DNA of 64,000 nt. Source: Lama glama (lineage: Eukaryota). A model generated the notes under the pieces. The model saw nothing but the letters and a program-made list of their open reading frames with translations, was not told the origin of the DNA and did no database searches. Numbering within the stretch: the stretch's first letter is position 1; every line of letters begins with the position of its first letter. Below are positions 49,911-63,933 of this stretch, piece by piece. The position numbers were made by a program, and so were the translations under genes. Location: NCBI GenBank assembly GCA_028534125.1, contig CM052816.1:94862001-94926000 (forward strand), written 5' to 3'.

Positions 49911-50779
49911 AGTTCTATCATAGTTGACTTTCACTGTCTGTTCTCACTTTGGAAAATAATTTTTAATAAATTAAAACATTCTTCTAGCAAGGTTATGTTG
50001 ACCAGTATGAATCATATTTTGATTTATTGTACAATAAAACCAAAATCCTACTTATTCCCTAGCCCCACTCCCACTAAAATAGCTAATGTTAGCTTTTTGC
50101 CTCAATTTTGAAGTGGAAGTAATCATAAAAATATGCCACAGGCTGACCTTTTCTTACCTCCGAGGAAAGGTAGTCACCAATGGAACTTCAAAAAATTTTC
50201 TGTTATAGCAACGTAAGAATTATAAAAGCCAATTAATGAATCTGTTCTTGAATTAGGGTTTACATAGTTAACTGTATCAAATTCTTGTACTTTGATGCAG
50301 TCGATAACTTGATTTAACAATCAAAGAGGGTTCTTAGAAAATCTCTGTACCTATTCATCTTAAATACTAATTATTTAGTATCTGTGAGATGGTCTTTGAT
50401 TTGGAATCAGAAGATCTGCATTTGAGCCTTAACACTGATACATTCTGTTGTCCGTTCTCCTGAGGGGAACTAGGCTACATTATCTTGGCCTCAAGTTCCA
50501 TGGCTGTAAAGGAGAGGTATTGCCTAGATGACCTTGATGAAATGTTGGGGGGAAAAAATTAAGCATGGTCCAGATATTTGCTAGCTGGCCCCAAGTTGGA
50601 ATCTCCAAATAAGGCCTCCTCAAAGGAGGCATCCACAAGTAAGGCTCACCTTTGAATCCCTTAGGCTCTAGGGCCTGGCCTTGGGCCTTACCTGGTAAGA
50701 GACTTGACCTTAGGGCTGCAAGCCCATCAGGAGGAAGGTAGCACCTACTGAAAGCCCCTCGTGATGCTGTGCTTCTTTC

Positions 50780-50940
50780 ATGATCATGCCGTTTCATACA
50801 GTTGTCCCAATCATCTAGTAGGGTGGGAGTTCCCATCCCTTTTTACAGATCGAGAAGCTGCTATTCATAAAAGCAAGAGTAACTTGCCCCAAGTGATACA
50901 ACTAGTAAGAGGAGGGAGTCCCAGGTGGCAGTTTGCCACA
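50780..50940 (-). mobile_element. MIR SINE remnant
   Basis: catccctttttacagatcgagaagctg ... agtaacttgccccaagtgatacaactagtaag. Confidence 0.75.
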
Positions 50941-51034
50941 TCTGGGTTCCTCCAACTTCACCAGATTCTGTAAGCCAGAGATGAGAAGCTGCTTAAGAAT
51001 ACAAGTGTTTATTTACACTGAGGAAAGGATGCTG

Positions 51035-51490
51035 ACTCGGTTGGGATCCTTGAGAAGCATTCAACAAGATGGAATTAGAATCCATGCACAGTAATTCATT
51101 AGGAACAATACCTAAGAGGAAAAATGGGAGGGAACCAGAGGAGCTGGGAGCCATGAAACCATGAAGTAGGTCTGCCCTCAAGTGGAAGGAAGGAAGAAAG
51201 GAAGGTTGGTTGGTTGAACATGTCTTAGACTCTAAAGAAGTTCAGTGAGACCGCTGGAGAGTTCTTGAGCCAAGTCATCCATCAGAAGAACCCCACATTT
51301 CCCTGGAACACCTTGCCTTCTCACTGCTGCTGAGCTCAGTCACTGGCTGGGAGCCTCTGTGGGAGGTGAGGCCTCTGCATGAAGGCGAACACAGGGACAG
51401 ATTTCAGGGCACAGCAGCTGGACAATTGATGTCGATCAATGATTCTCCTGCTGTCAGAGATTTGAGCGGGAGCATTTTCATGGATACCCC
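51035..51490 (-). mobile_element. ERVL LTR remnant (LTR16-like)
   Basis: aagatggaattag ... gagctgggag ... ggaaggaaggaagaaaggaaggttgg ... ctcagtcactggctgggag. Confidence 0.55.
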
Positions 51491-54400
51491 CTAAGTCTAA
51501 TCTTATACCAATGCTTTAGTTCTCTACAGGTTAGCCACTAAAAAGCCACAGTTCAATTAGAAAGTCACTTGGTGGTAGGGAATCCGAATGAGAGGAGTTA
51601 GTTATATTGACTGAAAGTTTCATTCTGTAAACATCTGTTCTTTGGAGTCCTTACTATGTGCTGGGCCCCCTGGTACCCCTGAGGGCTATAATGAAGAACA
51701 AACACTACACACAGTCTGTGGAGTTGGCCATCAAAGCAATGGAAAATGTCATTAAATGGACTGGTACATTGAAGTCCACTTAGGCTACCCCAAAACTGGA
51801 CAAAATGAAGTGTGTTTTTCCTAAATAATGCCTCAGAAAGCCATTTTTTTCCAATATTTTCATTTTTTCCTTCCTCTTACTGATACGTTATTTTTTTACA
51901 TAAAAAGGCTTTTTACCTTTCATTGGTTTGTTGTGACATCTTATAGCCTGGAAGCTTTCCATGTCTTTAAGATTTTGCATTTCTCTTTTCCTTTCTGTTA
52001 GGAAATGTCTGGAAAAAATTTATTTTTCAGTTCTTTCAGAAGACCTTTCTATGCCCCCAAGAGGACTAAGTATAATTTCACAAAGTTCTTCCTGGCATTT
52101 ATGTTCCATGAAACAGTAATAGAGATCATTTTCCCCCAAACATTATTTTATTTCCCTAAGCTAGAAAACGTGAGAGTATAATGATTTCACCTTAAATATA
52201 AATGATTAATAAAAAATACCCCATCATGTTATTACTTCTTAAAGTTTCCATCACTTATTTCTGCAAAATATGATCTACTTAATTATGAAAATTTGCAGGA
52301 TCTAGCTAAAACTTGTGTTTAATTATTTATCCTGTAATTTGGTTGCAAATATGGGCTTCTTTTAAAAAGACAAGCAGATATTAAATTTTATCTTTTCAGT
52401 GTAAGTAGCCATTCTTCCTATTAGAATATGAATATTCAAATCTTCCATGAGTTAATTCCCAATTGGTAGACAATAATGTTTAATATTTTCCCCTATAAAC
52501 CACTGGGTTATAAAATGTTAGCCCCCTAATAAATAAAAAGCAAATTGTAAGAGCTGGTTCCTTCTTAAAATCTTTCATGACTTCTTGATATTAAACATAT
52601 AATTTTTCCTCCTCTGCCTCCCAAATTATATTGCATTGCATCAGAAGTAGCTTCCCTGGAGGAAAAGCAAAGAAACAAGTCTATTAACCATAAATTGAAG
52701 AAGAAAGAGCTTGCCAAACAGTTTAACTTATTGCCTACACACTAAACCTCTCAAATATTTTAACATCTATTTTCATACCATTTTTTCTTTCCCTTTTCAA
52801 AGTGATATTTCTTTTAAAATAAAGCCAGCATTTACCAAATTTGGGACAAAATAACCAAGGAAATGAGTACAACTCATAGAAGAACATCACAGCCTTTGTG
52901 CAGGGTAGCCCATGTTCAGTGACATTTATGAAGATCTCCAACTTTCAGTTATGATTGCTCTTGGAGGAAAGAGAGACATAACTAATGAGAGCCATGAATT
53001 TCCAAAGGCACTAATGCAGAGATTATGCCTCCTATCCACTGTCTTATGGATTCAGAGTGAAGAGTAGATGTACAGTCCTGCTGCACCCAGCTAGTGTGAG
53101 GCGGTGGTATGGGGAGTTGTGAGGCTGAGTGAGAGGTCCAGTTCCCTGAGCTCCTCTCCATCACCCTCTGGAGCTGTGATAGGGAGGGGTGAGAAATGGG
53201 ATCTGTGAACTCAGAAAGCCATGGTGGCTTCAGGATCATAGAAAGGAGAGCTGCAGTTGGGATGAATATAGGGAACCACCACTTGGGTCCCTGCATCCTA
53301 GGGCTCCAGGTTGCCTCTCTGTGACAGGTCCTTCATCATCTCATAGAGGTTGCTTATTCTGGACACATAGAATTGGGGAAGCTGCTGAAAGTAAAAATCA
53401 TTATTCTTTAGCTCTTCTTAGAAAGTTCTTGTTCTGAGCTGGCAGATGCTTCCAGAATTGCCAGCTGAAATATTTTCCTTCAGCTGAGGAAATTGCAGAG
53501 AGGGCAGCCCTGTCCAGATTTCACCCCTGGTCTACATTTTCTTGCCTCCAAAAGGATTAAGCAAACGAAGCAATAGTTAGGAGTAGCATGCCAACGAGTT
53601 GGCAACCTTCCACACTAGATTTTCAGGACACTGCTTTTCTGTCTGCATCATAAATTCATTTTTAGTTTTTCAGTCTGCTTAGTAAAAGGACAAACATGCC
53701 AGGACTTCAGATTAATCCTACATCCTTTGTTATTATCTCAAAGAGGTACGAATACACCATTATTCCCCAATAACAGGTACTCAGCTAGCAAGGAGATGCT
53801 GCACTGTGGACACACAGACTGGGACTAATGAATCCCAACAACTAATTACATTTCTTTTAAGGTAACTTATTACCAGAAAGTAGCTGTGTTAGCACAGGGA
53901 TTTTGTGTGAGAATGGCAATACCCAGGAAGAGGCCAGCTAATTAATCATCCCCCATAACTCTCCGTAATGGCCCTGTCTGGACTTCCGTGTCCAGACCAT
54001 TGTTCTTCCTGGGCTTACGTGTGGCCTGGCCTTTTTTGGGCCAGCAGTGTAATTGGTAACTGCAGGCGAATTTATATAAACAGATGAAGGCGCTGCCAAA
54101 CGGAAGCATTGTCATCGCAGTTGGCGCTTACTGCTGAGAGCTCTCTATTTTGCACAAGTTTGGGTCAAGTGGTTGGAGCCAGTGAGGCTTACTGCCAGAA
54201 ATAATTAACTCAAAGAAGGAAAAGCTCTATATCCTTGTAAAGCCTGTGGTCTGTTGCGTGGAGTGAGTCCTCCCTCGCATTTTTGGAGGAAACTGGTTTC
54301 GGGCCTTTCCTTGGAATCTGCACGGGACCGGAAGGGCTATTACTCCTTAGCAGGCACGCAGGCTGTCCTGGTAAGTTCCTTCCTAGAACACAGAGGAACT

Positions 54401-55094
54401 TGACCTATTTCTCCTCTGCAGGCAGCACCGTCAGCCCAACTAGCAAACGTGATTAAAGTCATTTGTCCTTGACCCTTGTCACTGACAAGGAACGGAAACA
54501 GATTAAGAGGCCAGTGTCTCCCAAATCAGGTGGAGCCAAGTGTCCTCTGCCAGAACCCATAGTAATAGACTCACAAAGAACTGATGCTGGGGTGTATTAT
54601 GATTCTCCAGGGCTCATTCCTGTCTGAGGGGAGATGATTGGGATGATTATCCTCCTGTGTCCCCTCAAGTGCCCAGCCAGGACCCCCTGCTAGCTGAGAC
54701 AGGCCTTCAGAAGACACATGTCTGAGCATCTTCGCCCGGAGGCCGGCAGGGGACGATCTCGCAGAAAGGCGAAGCTGTGGGCCCAGGGCACCCAAGTGGC
54801 CACTGAGACAGGAAGGCTGTTGGAGAAAGGCAGCCCTCACCTGTCACCGCTCAGGGCCTGTAAGCTTCCTCTTCTCTCTTTAGAAATTTCTTACACTCCA
54901 AAGGCTTTAATCTACTTGAAGCCAAAGGCCAAGAAGCACAATGAACCACAAAGATCAGGTTAACCTGGCCTGTGGGTCGATCAGACCAGCAGCAAAAATG
55001 CATCTCTTTTCCCAAGGGGCCCCTTCAATTTTGACTCTAGCATGAAGTCCCCCCACCACCTCCCCAGCATTTCCTTCCCTACCCTTATTTTTCT

Positions 55095-55445
55095 TTCATT
55101 TAGCATAAAATTAACCATTTAGAAGTGAACAATTTAGTGGCATTTCACAATGTAGTGCAATCACCTCTATCTAGTGCCAAAATATTTTCATGATGCCCCA
55201 AAGAAACTCTGGACCCGTCGTTACACAGCGACTCCCCATTCTCCCTCCTGCAGGCCCTGGAAGTCACCAGCCTGTGTTCTGCCTTTATGGATTTACCTAT
55301 TCTGGGTATTTTATTTAAATGGAATCACAATACGTATGGCCTTTCGTGTCTGGTTTCTTTCCCTTAGCGTGATGTTTTCAAGGGTCATCCACGTGGCACC
55401 GCACGTGAGCACGTCATTCCTTTTCATGGTGGGCTCATATTTGTT
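55095..55445 (-). mobile_element. L1MB-like 3' end
   Basis: cataaaattaaccatttagaagtgaacaatttagtggcattt ... tatggatttacctattctgg ... aaatggaatcaca ... tgttttcaagggtcatcca. Confidence 0.87.
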
Positions 55446-55739
55446 TGTACAGCCCACGGGGAGCCCTGGGGGCAGAAAGTGGTTAGAGACACAGTGTTTC
55501 CCGTGTGGTTGAGATTCAGCTGTGCCCGCAGGAGGAGGATGGACTAGGGGCAGAGGTGAGGCAGAGGGGAAGGGATTGCAGAGCTGGCAGAGGGACCCGT
55601 GGAACCGCAATGGCCCTGGCTCTGTTTGCTGAGCCCGACTGTGTCCAGGCCGTGCACTGGAAGCCTCGGATGCACGGCCTTTGAGATAGGTGTGATGTTC
55701 TTATGGAATGTCATTCTAAGTTTAGGGTCCAAACCGAGA

Positions 55740-55870
55740 GGAGCTGGCATTCGAGTCCAGATCTGACTGGAAACCCACTAGCTGTGTGATCTTGGGCAAG
55801 CGAGGCAGCCTCTCTGAGCCTCTATCTCTCCGTCTGTAAATGGCCATGGTGGTGGTGGTGCCGATCAGGG
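55740..55870 (+). mobile_element. MIR SINE remnant
   Basis: actagctgtgtgatcttgggcaag ... cctctctgagcctc ... tctgtaaatgg. Confidence 0.8.
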
Positions 55871-56379
55871 CTAAGATGAGGCAGGGGAGGGTAAGACTGA
55901 GCTGTGCAGGGTTGGACCCCATCTTCATTTAAAGTTGTGGTATATCATTCATCATGGATTGTTTTCATTAATTTTGATGAAAAAATATTGCATTAAAATA
56001 ATACCTAGTACACAGTGTGAAGGCACTTAATGCTCCTGAACTGTACCCCAAAAAATGGTTACAGTGATAAATTTTGTTATTTCTATTTTGCCACAATTTA
56101 AAAATATGTAATATTTCTGATGAGTAGTGAATTTTTTGGCATCCCCTTAAATTTTGCACTGAATGAAGACCTCGCTTACTTTGGCTTTGTGTGGGCCCTG
56201 CCGTCATATACATCAATAGCTTGGCACTAGGGCCTGGCCCACAGGAAACTCACTTTAACTGATGGCTGCTGACTGTGGACTGCAGCCATCATGCAATTGT
56301 AATGAAAGTCGTGGAAGTTACCGGGAATGATCAAGGGAGAGTTGGGGGCTAAGCATTGGGTCTCCTCTGGCTCCCGGTA

Positions 56380-56520
56380 CTTCACAGACTTTGCCTCATC
56401 TAATCCTCTCAAAACACAAGCCCACTTTGCAGGTGGAGAAACCGAAGGTTTGAATGTGTTACCCAAGGCAGGGCAGATCATATCCGAGTTGAAATTTGAC
56501 ACCAAAGCTTTTCTGTTCCT
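56380..56520 (-). mobile_element. MIR SINE remnant
   Basis: cctcatctaatcctc ... cccactttgcaggtggagaaaccgaagg ... cccaagg. Confidence 0.72.
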
Positions 56521-57289
56521 CCAGGCTGACTTTCGGAGCATAAAATACTTGCTATCTTTACAAAGCAATGCCAGTATTCACCCACATTATATGACACAAA
56601 CCAGGACCTGCTAACAGATGGGTGTGGCAGTGTTCCTGGTGTGTTCTCTCCCTGTGAGCATCCTTTTCCCTGGCTCCCCAAAAATCTCCACTCCCTTCAG
56701 CTGCAGTCTCTTGCCTGAAATTCCTTTCACGTACTTGAGATAAGAACGTCGCCTGGTCTGTCTCTGAACTCTCTATGGACTAGGGCCGGAGAAGGAACGG
56801 GCGGAGGAAGCTGTCTTAGTGCTGGCTTCCAAATTTATGTCTTTTCTGTGGCTACAGTGCATTAGTATTACTGTCGCTTAGTCCTCTGTCTCCTTCCCAT
56901 GCTAGAAAGTTCTCGTCCGTTTGACAAGCAAGGAAATGAATCACAAGCCGACAAGCAGTCATGCATATTTAGCCACAGAGCACATTCCACCCTGGGTGGA
57001 GATGTGGGACTGTCGAGGGCAGCCTGCTGACAGCTTCTGCTTCTCAGTACAGATACAGGGGGCCTGGGGCGGCTGTCTGGTTTCTCCTGACCCTCATCAG
57101 AGCTGGTCTTCACTTCGTCAGCTTGCCTGACTAACCCATCCTTCCCGCAGCTTGCCTTCCTGAGGGCCGGCTGCCCAGGCTCTACCTCTTCCCCAGTAGC
57201 GTGATGCTCTGTGATCTGAGTGTCGGAGGACTGGATGCGGGGGTTAGTAAGCAAGTGATAGAAGTGGGGTGAGGATCATGAAAGGGTAT

Positions 57290-57720
57290 GAGGAATGAGC
57301 TTAGAGCAAAGTGATCTCACCTGGTCAGGGGAACAGGGAAGCCTTCCTGCGAAAAAGGCAAGAAAGATGAGTAGGAGTCAGCCAAGTGACTAAGGAAGAA
57401 GGGCGTCCCGGCACGTGCCACGGGCAGGACTTTGAATTTGACTCTGAGTACAAAGGAGAGTCTTGGGGTGCAGGACTCGTGCTCCCCGGTACATCTTAGA
57501 AGACTCACTGAAGCTTCCGTGAGGGGTGGGAGAATGAGGGCCGAGGCAGAGAGACCAGTTAAGAGACACAAGTTGCTGGTGTTATGCACCTGGCAGTGAA
57601 ATTGGAGGAGGATTCTAGAGATGCTTGAAGATGGAGGTGACAGATGTGCCCTTGCAGATGTGTGTGTGGTTAAGACAGGATTCAAGAGTGAGTGGTGCCA
57701 TATTTACCCAGCAAATTAAA
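57290..57720 (-). mobile_element. L2 remnant
   Basis: aggactttgaatttgactctgagt ... gaggcagagagaccagttaagag ... ggtgccatatttac. Confidence 0.6.
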
Positions 57721-59384
57721 GTGATTGATGCACAACAAAATAACCTTCAAGGAAGCCCCCAAACAGGTTCCAGTTAGCACTGCTTTTCTTTTTGTCCGTT
57801 GCATTTTTATCTCTTTTTTTGTCTTTGCTTTTTAGATTTCCTCCTCATTCACCTCTCTCGATCTCTATGACTACAAAGATACTTTGTAAAGGCTCCTTGT
57901 CAGCCTCATTCTCCTTGTTCTGTCCATCCCAATATAATTCAGGGGCTCCACAGTGAGGGAAATTCAGAATTAAAACCAAACAGAAAAAGATAATCAACAC
58001 TAACTTAGAGATAAATGTCTCCGCCCACACACTGGGATGCAGACCAGAGGGAGAGCAGGAGTGAGGCTCTGGCTGGCTGGCTGGTAACTGCTCGTAACCC
58101 ACAGCCCACCACCAGTGGCCAGTGCCGACGGGACGCTGTCAGTCTTGAGCACCTATCTTTGAGGTGCGTCCATGTGGGGAAAAAAAAAGTAGGAACTATT
58201 GCTTTACACTTGAAGCAATTCTAAATTTCTTTGGCATTGGAATGAACTATATACTTGATTTTTGGCATGTTCTATAAAAATATTCAATGGTGAATATTTG
58301 TGATTAAAAGTAAAGTAGTACATTGTGTTTCTAGGGGAGTTTTTTAGGGAAATATTGGATTCAGTCACTGGGTCTACTGGTCCAATAGCCGGTCAATTTG
58401 TATAATATGTGAGGATCCTCTCCCTGCTTCTCTTCTGCACAAAAATGCAATCATCCTACTCTGTCATTTCTGTAACTTTTTTCCTTGATTGGTTAACAGA
58501 TCAAAAGCTTCGCATGTTAGCACATATAAAAGGATTGATAATAAGGGGAATTGTAATAAAATGAATGTTAGAGAAATCTTGAGTCTCCAAATTACCTTTT
58601 CTAGATTATTTCTGTGGTGCATTGTTGCCTGGACATTTTCCACATGAAGTCGCTTTGTGCGTCTTGTGCCGGAATTCTGAGACCAGTTATCATTTACAGG
58701 GAGCAGTAAAGCCAGACACGTGTGCCCTGGGCTGGCGGCGGAGGGCACAAGTCTTGCCTTTTGTTTTTTAGTTATTCTCAGGGTAGTTAAGAATACACTG
58801 AGCTGGTTAAGTGTGCAATTTTTAAATAAAACCTGAACACTTCTCTAGATTGGGAGAATGACACAAGTACCCTAACAGGTGAGCAGCCCGCTGCTTATTT
58901 GGTGTGGCGAGGAAAGACACTGAAACCAGCCTCTTCATGGCCAGCTTGTGAGCTGTTTTTAATGAGACTCTGTGGCTCCTCAAACTGTCTTTGCTGTGTG
59001 ACCTTTCTCTGCAGCATTATAATTCTTGGATTTTTGAAGCATCACTCCCTTTGCCACTAAAGCAGTAAAAGGAAATTGTGCACCCAGTGGTGCCATTATC
59101 CTGTTCTCATGTTGAGGGCAAGCCATCTGGTGGCAGTAAACCGAGAAAAGTCACGTTTAGGTTACCTGGGGCTGGTGAGAGACGCAGTCAGCTTACCACT
59201 TCTGCGACAAGAGGCATCTGAAATCCTAACGATGACATCTTATTATTCAGAGCATCTAAAATGGCTCCATTGGAAGATGCAAAATGTTTGTCTCAAAGTA
59301 TTGAAACATTTTAGCAGAAATATTAAAATGAACATCTATGAATAATATCATGATGAAATTTTTTCTTCTGTGGATGTGGAAGTG

Positions 59385-59992
59385 GAGTGTTTGATCCATC
59401 ACTGCCATTACAAATTATCACAAACTTCATGGGTTAGAACAACACAAACTTACTGTCTCAGAGTGGTGTCCATCAGCAGTGCAGGGGGTTTGGCTGGTTC
59501 CTCAAGTGTCTGCCAGTGGGCTCTTCTCAGGAAGCTCTGGGGAGAGCCTGCTTCCTGGGTCTTTCTTGGTGGCCAAATTCAGTTCCTTGTAGTTATAGAC
59601 TGAGGGCCTGGTTTCGTTGCTGGCTGTGGGCTGGGAGGTGCTCTCAGCTTCCAGAGGCCACCGCCTGCCCTGGTTGGTGGTCCCTTTCCTCCATCTGCAG
59701 AGCCAGCAGTATCAGGCCCTCTTTCCTCATCTTTCCTCATCTCTCCTACCCCCTCTTCAGCTGCATCTCTTGGACTGACTCATCTGCCTCCCTCTTATGC
59801 TTTTAAGGGCTCATGTGATGACACTGAGCCCAGGAGGATAATTCAGGATCATGTCCTTGTCTTACAGTCAGCTGATTAGTGACCTTAATTTCATCTACAA
59901 AGCTCCTTCACAAGAGTATGTAGAGTAGTGTTTGATTGAACAACCGGGGGGTCAGCAATCTTGAAGACACATCTTTAGAATTTGCCCTACGA
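59385..59992 (-). mobile_element. MaLR solo LTR (MLT1E/F-like)
   Basis: acaaattatcacaaactt ... aacaacacaaacttact ... aattcagttccttgtagtt ... cttttaagggctcatgtgat ... cagctgattag. Confidence 0.8.
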
Positions 59993-60553
59993 TGACCATA
60001 AAGAAAAAGTCCACTCAAAACAAGAATGGAGGCAAACAATTAAACTATATAGGTATATAGCAGCCTTGAATTTAAAATGTGACTTTCTTTGGCCAGTTCT
60101 GATACCGATTTTTCCAATGTTATTACTCAATTGCAATCAAGACTAATGCATAAACTTGAAAGATCACATTGGCTTTCCTCTTTAAGAAGCTGGTGCCTAC
60201 TTTTTTTAGTAAGTATTTCAGAAATTTTTCCAGAGATGAAAGATATTTTCAGAAAAAAATTGAAAGGCCCAATGATCTTAGTTTTACTGAGTTCTCTATG
60301 TTTTTCTTATACAATGGATACATATATATATATTCTTAGAGTTTCTCCTCCTTCCTGGCATCTGCCACCCCTACATATGGAACACAAATAGATATTTCCA
60401 TTCTAAAACAGGAAGAAAAGAAAGGGTCCAGAGGCACCTTCTGTAGTTTTAATTCATTTTTTTGGCCAAGATTGGCTTTGTTTGTTTCACTTAGCTAAAA
60501 CTGTAGAATCATCTCTGGCCAAATTAACTAGAGTCTGGATTTTTCCATCATTT

Positions 60554-60794
60554 TTTTTAATTGAAGTATAGTTGATTTATAATGTTGTGTTAGTTTCTAG
60601 TGTACAGCATAGTAATTCAATTACACATATGTGTGTTCTTTTTCGTATTCTTTTCCATTGTAGGTTATTACAAATTATTGAATATAGTCCCTGTGCTATA
60701 AAGTAGAACCTTGTTGTTTATTCTGTTTATGGTTGTTTGTATCTGCTAGTCTCAAACTCCTAACTTATCCCTCCCCTGCACCCCATTTTCCCTG
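60554..60794 (-). mobile_element. Truncated artiodactyl/camelid L1 3' end
   Basis: ttttaattgaagtatagttgatttataatgttgtgttagtttc ... Candidate TSD CATCATTT at 60546-60553 and 60795-60802. Confidence 0.88.
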
Positions 60795-63700
60795 CATCAT
60801 TTATCATGTTCTTTGGTCCAAATAAAAGATTACTGAGTGAGTCGTCAAGATGCCTAAATTCATGAAATAGCAATTAGGAGAGATGGGTATATTTTAAGAG
60901 ATTAAAGGAAAAAAATTTAATCACCTCCTTCCCTTTTGAGACTTAAGTTATTTTGATCCAGGGACTATTTTTATTAGCGATTTGGCCACAAATTTAAGGA
61001 GATGTTTTCCCAGGAGGTAATGTGAGAAAAGCAAGAAGACTTTTAAAAAGCAGAGAGGGATAGTTACCACCAGGCATCTGGCCTGGAGCAGCAGAGTTAC
61101 AGGGGATTTCTTTCTCCTCCTGTATCTGGCGGCTCCCTCTTATAATCACTTGCCCTCCCATGCTGGGCGAGGACCACGAGCGGTCAGCTTGGGGAGATGC
61201 TGATGGCAGCAGGCTGACAGTAAATCGCAGAACAAATCCATATTTGGGAGGCGCTGGGGAACTGTGCAGAGGACAGTAGGGTAGGAGTAGAGGGAAAGGA
61301 TAAAGACACAAGAGTAAATGCACTTCTTTGCCTTTGATGAGACTTGCAGTTTTTTTTATTGTTGTTGTTGGTCCTCAATATGGTATCAGTGAGTGATCAA
61401 AGCCATTATGAAAGTAAGAAATGGACCTCAAGGAAAATGTTTCATCTAGATGAGTGATCTTTCAAAAATCATGTGGATTCCCCAGCTTTAATAACTCTTT
61501 GAAGTACAATTTGTTAAAATTTCCTGCGAGTAAATAAATTGAAAGATGACATGACTGCATATGGGGAATCAGGTGATGAACTGAAATGAAAGTTAGGAAG
61601 GTTGTTTTCATAATAGCTACTAGTAATCCAGAACATAATGCCAAATCTTGAAAGTTTTTTCAAACCCACAGTCTGACATTTAAAAGGCAAGTAGCCAATT
61701 ACCTATAATCCTTTATTAGTCAGCTTTGTTCTCCGCCTTCTTAGAAGACAGAGGACCCAAAATACATGGAATTGGATGGCCTCGGCCTTGCTCGTTGTTT
61801 ATTTAGCCACCATGCTCTCTTTCCGGGAAGCTGCCGGCTTGGTGAAGTGAATATTGCATTTCTCTTTCTCTGTTTCCTAGCATATCAATTTATTATATGT
61901 ATTTCAAAGCCCTGGTTTTGTGGTTGACGTTAAATCGTGTCTGGTAGATGAGAAATCATTCAGTTTAGCAGGAAAGGAAGAAAACACTGGGTTTTATTCC
62001 TATTTGAACCTAATTTGCATTTGGCCCAAGGCATTTTGTTTTTGTTGTTGTTGTATTTGTGATGGGGCCACGGCTAGCAGATAGCTCTGTTCTGTGGAAG
62101 TGCTCGCTTCAGAGGTGGTGGCGCATAGACTTGATGGGAAACCAAGGTGCCAGGACCAGGGTCAGATGTGGGGGCTTCCAAGGTGAGATGCACCCTCATA
62201 CTGTCGGCACAGTAGAAATAAGAGCCCACCACAAAAGTGCCAGGGAAATATGTCACGAGTTAGTGGAATTCAGGGGAGGTGGGCATCATTGGGCCAGGGG
62301 AGTGGGCCACGTGGCACTGCTCCAAGCGCGCGATGTGGTCGGGTAACTGAAGTCTCAAGTCACAGTGAGCAGAGCCCATGTCCCCAGTGCTCCAAGCCAG
62401 GAAACAATTGTGGGTGTTTTCAGAGCACAAAGAACCACAGGCACAATTAGGTTCACAGTTAACGGTTTTAGCCGTGCAGCGTTCACGCTTTTTTCCCTGT
62501 GACTTCCTTGCAATTTAGCCCAATGGGAAACTTACAGCAGACATTCCATAGAGCACTTAACTCTGTGGCGTCCATCAATTTTAATTGGAATCGTGCAGCT
62601 GAAACCCTAGGTAGTACTTGACAGCGATAGGGTGTCTTTTAACTCAGGTGTTTCTGGTTCCGCCCTGGGCATCTCTGGAACAGCGTGCGTGATGCATGAC
62701 TAACTCCAGAAGGCACGCGTCTAGGCGGCCCTAGAAAGGCGCAGAGTTGAATAGTCAACCTCAGAGGAGCTCCTCCGTTTCTCTCTCCTGGTTTCCATTT
62801 ATGAGTAGGGGTGGAGGTGTCAACGGAGGGACTTCCACTCTGAGGACAGCGCGGCAGCAGTGTTCACGGCCGCCCCGACGGGCTGTTGGTCTTTAAATCA
62901 CTGAAGCGTGCTGTCCCTGCAGCTCAGCAAAGCAATTACCAAGCCATCACTGTCCTGATTTATAAAGAAATTGCCTCCCTTGGGAGAAGACAGTAAGGTA
63001 CATAGCAGGAATCCAAACTGCAAGACTGTGCTAATCCAAAAAAAAGAAAAAGAGAGAGAGAGGGAGAGAAAGACAGGAAGGAAGGAGGGATGGGAGGGAG
63101 GGAAAGGGAAATTTATGACTCTGGAATTTTTTTTGACTTGGCTATGATGACGTACCAGCTTTAAAAACACACATGTAGAGAGAAAAATCAAGAGCATTTG
63201 GAGTAAACTCAACCTTCCAGTAAAAGTTTATGGAGGCAGGGCTTGTCCTAATGCTGTTCCGTACCCGTTTCGTACTCACGGTTGGCGTTTCGGATGATAT
63301 TCTGAGAATTCACTTAAAGTAATGAGGTTGCACTGTAGACTTCACTCAAGCAGAGCTCAGAGGCTGCCTCATTTCTCTCCCTTACAACCCAGCCCACTTA
63401 TTTCCCGCACAGTGTAGGGTACTAACCACTGGACTTTCTGCACTTCCAGAAAGAGGACTTGGCAGAAGTGAAGGCTGTCAATCAGGAGAGCATCCTGGAC
63501 CAAGCTGATGCCCGCTTACCTGGAGGCACTCTTGTGGTCAATCAGATCAGAGATGAGGAGAAGTAAATTAAAGCAGCATATTTTTGCCTTCAAAGGTGCA
63601 TCACCGCATCACATCAGTGTTTCTTGTGCAGGGGGCCTTCTTATGCTCTGAGTTACACAGAACACCGTCTGGCCTTGCATAGTCGAGGACTCCACCTCAC

Positions 63701-63933
63701 CCCAACCCCCAACATACACACCCCTAGGAAGAATTTTTATTTTCTTATATATGGGGTATTTTGGTCTTGATCAAACCAATACAGTTATTTGATCATCTGG
63801 AAATATCTTCTTAAAACTTGCATGAGCCCACTGCTCATGAACGGTTTTCCAGGGAAAAGGTGGGATGTGAAACATTGAGGGATGGTGTTGGGAAGAATTC
63901 CATTTACCCTTGAGTAAAACAAGCTAAAGCCTG

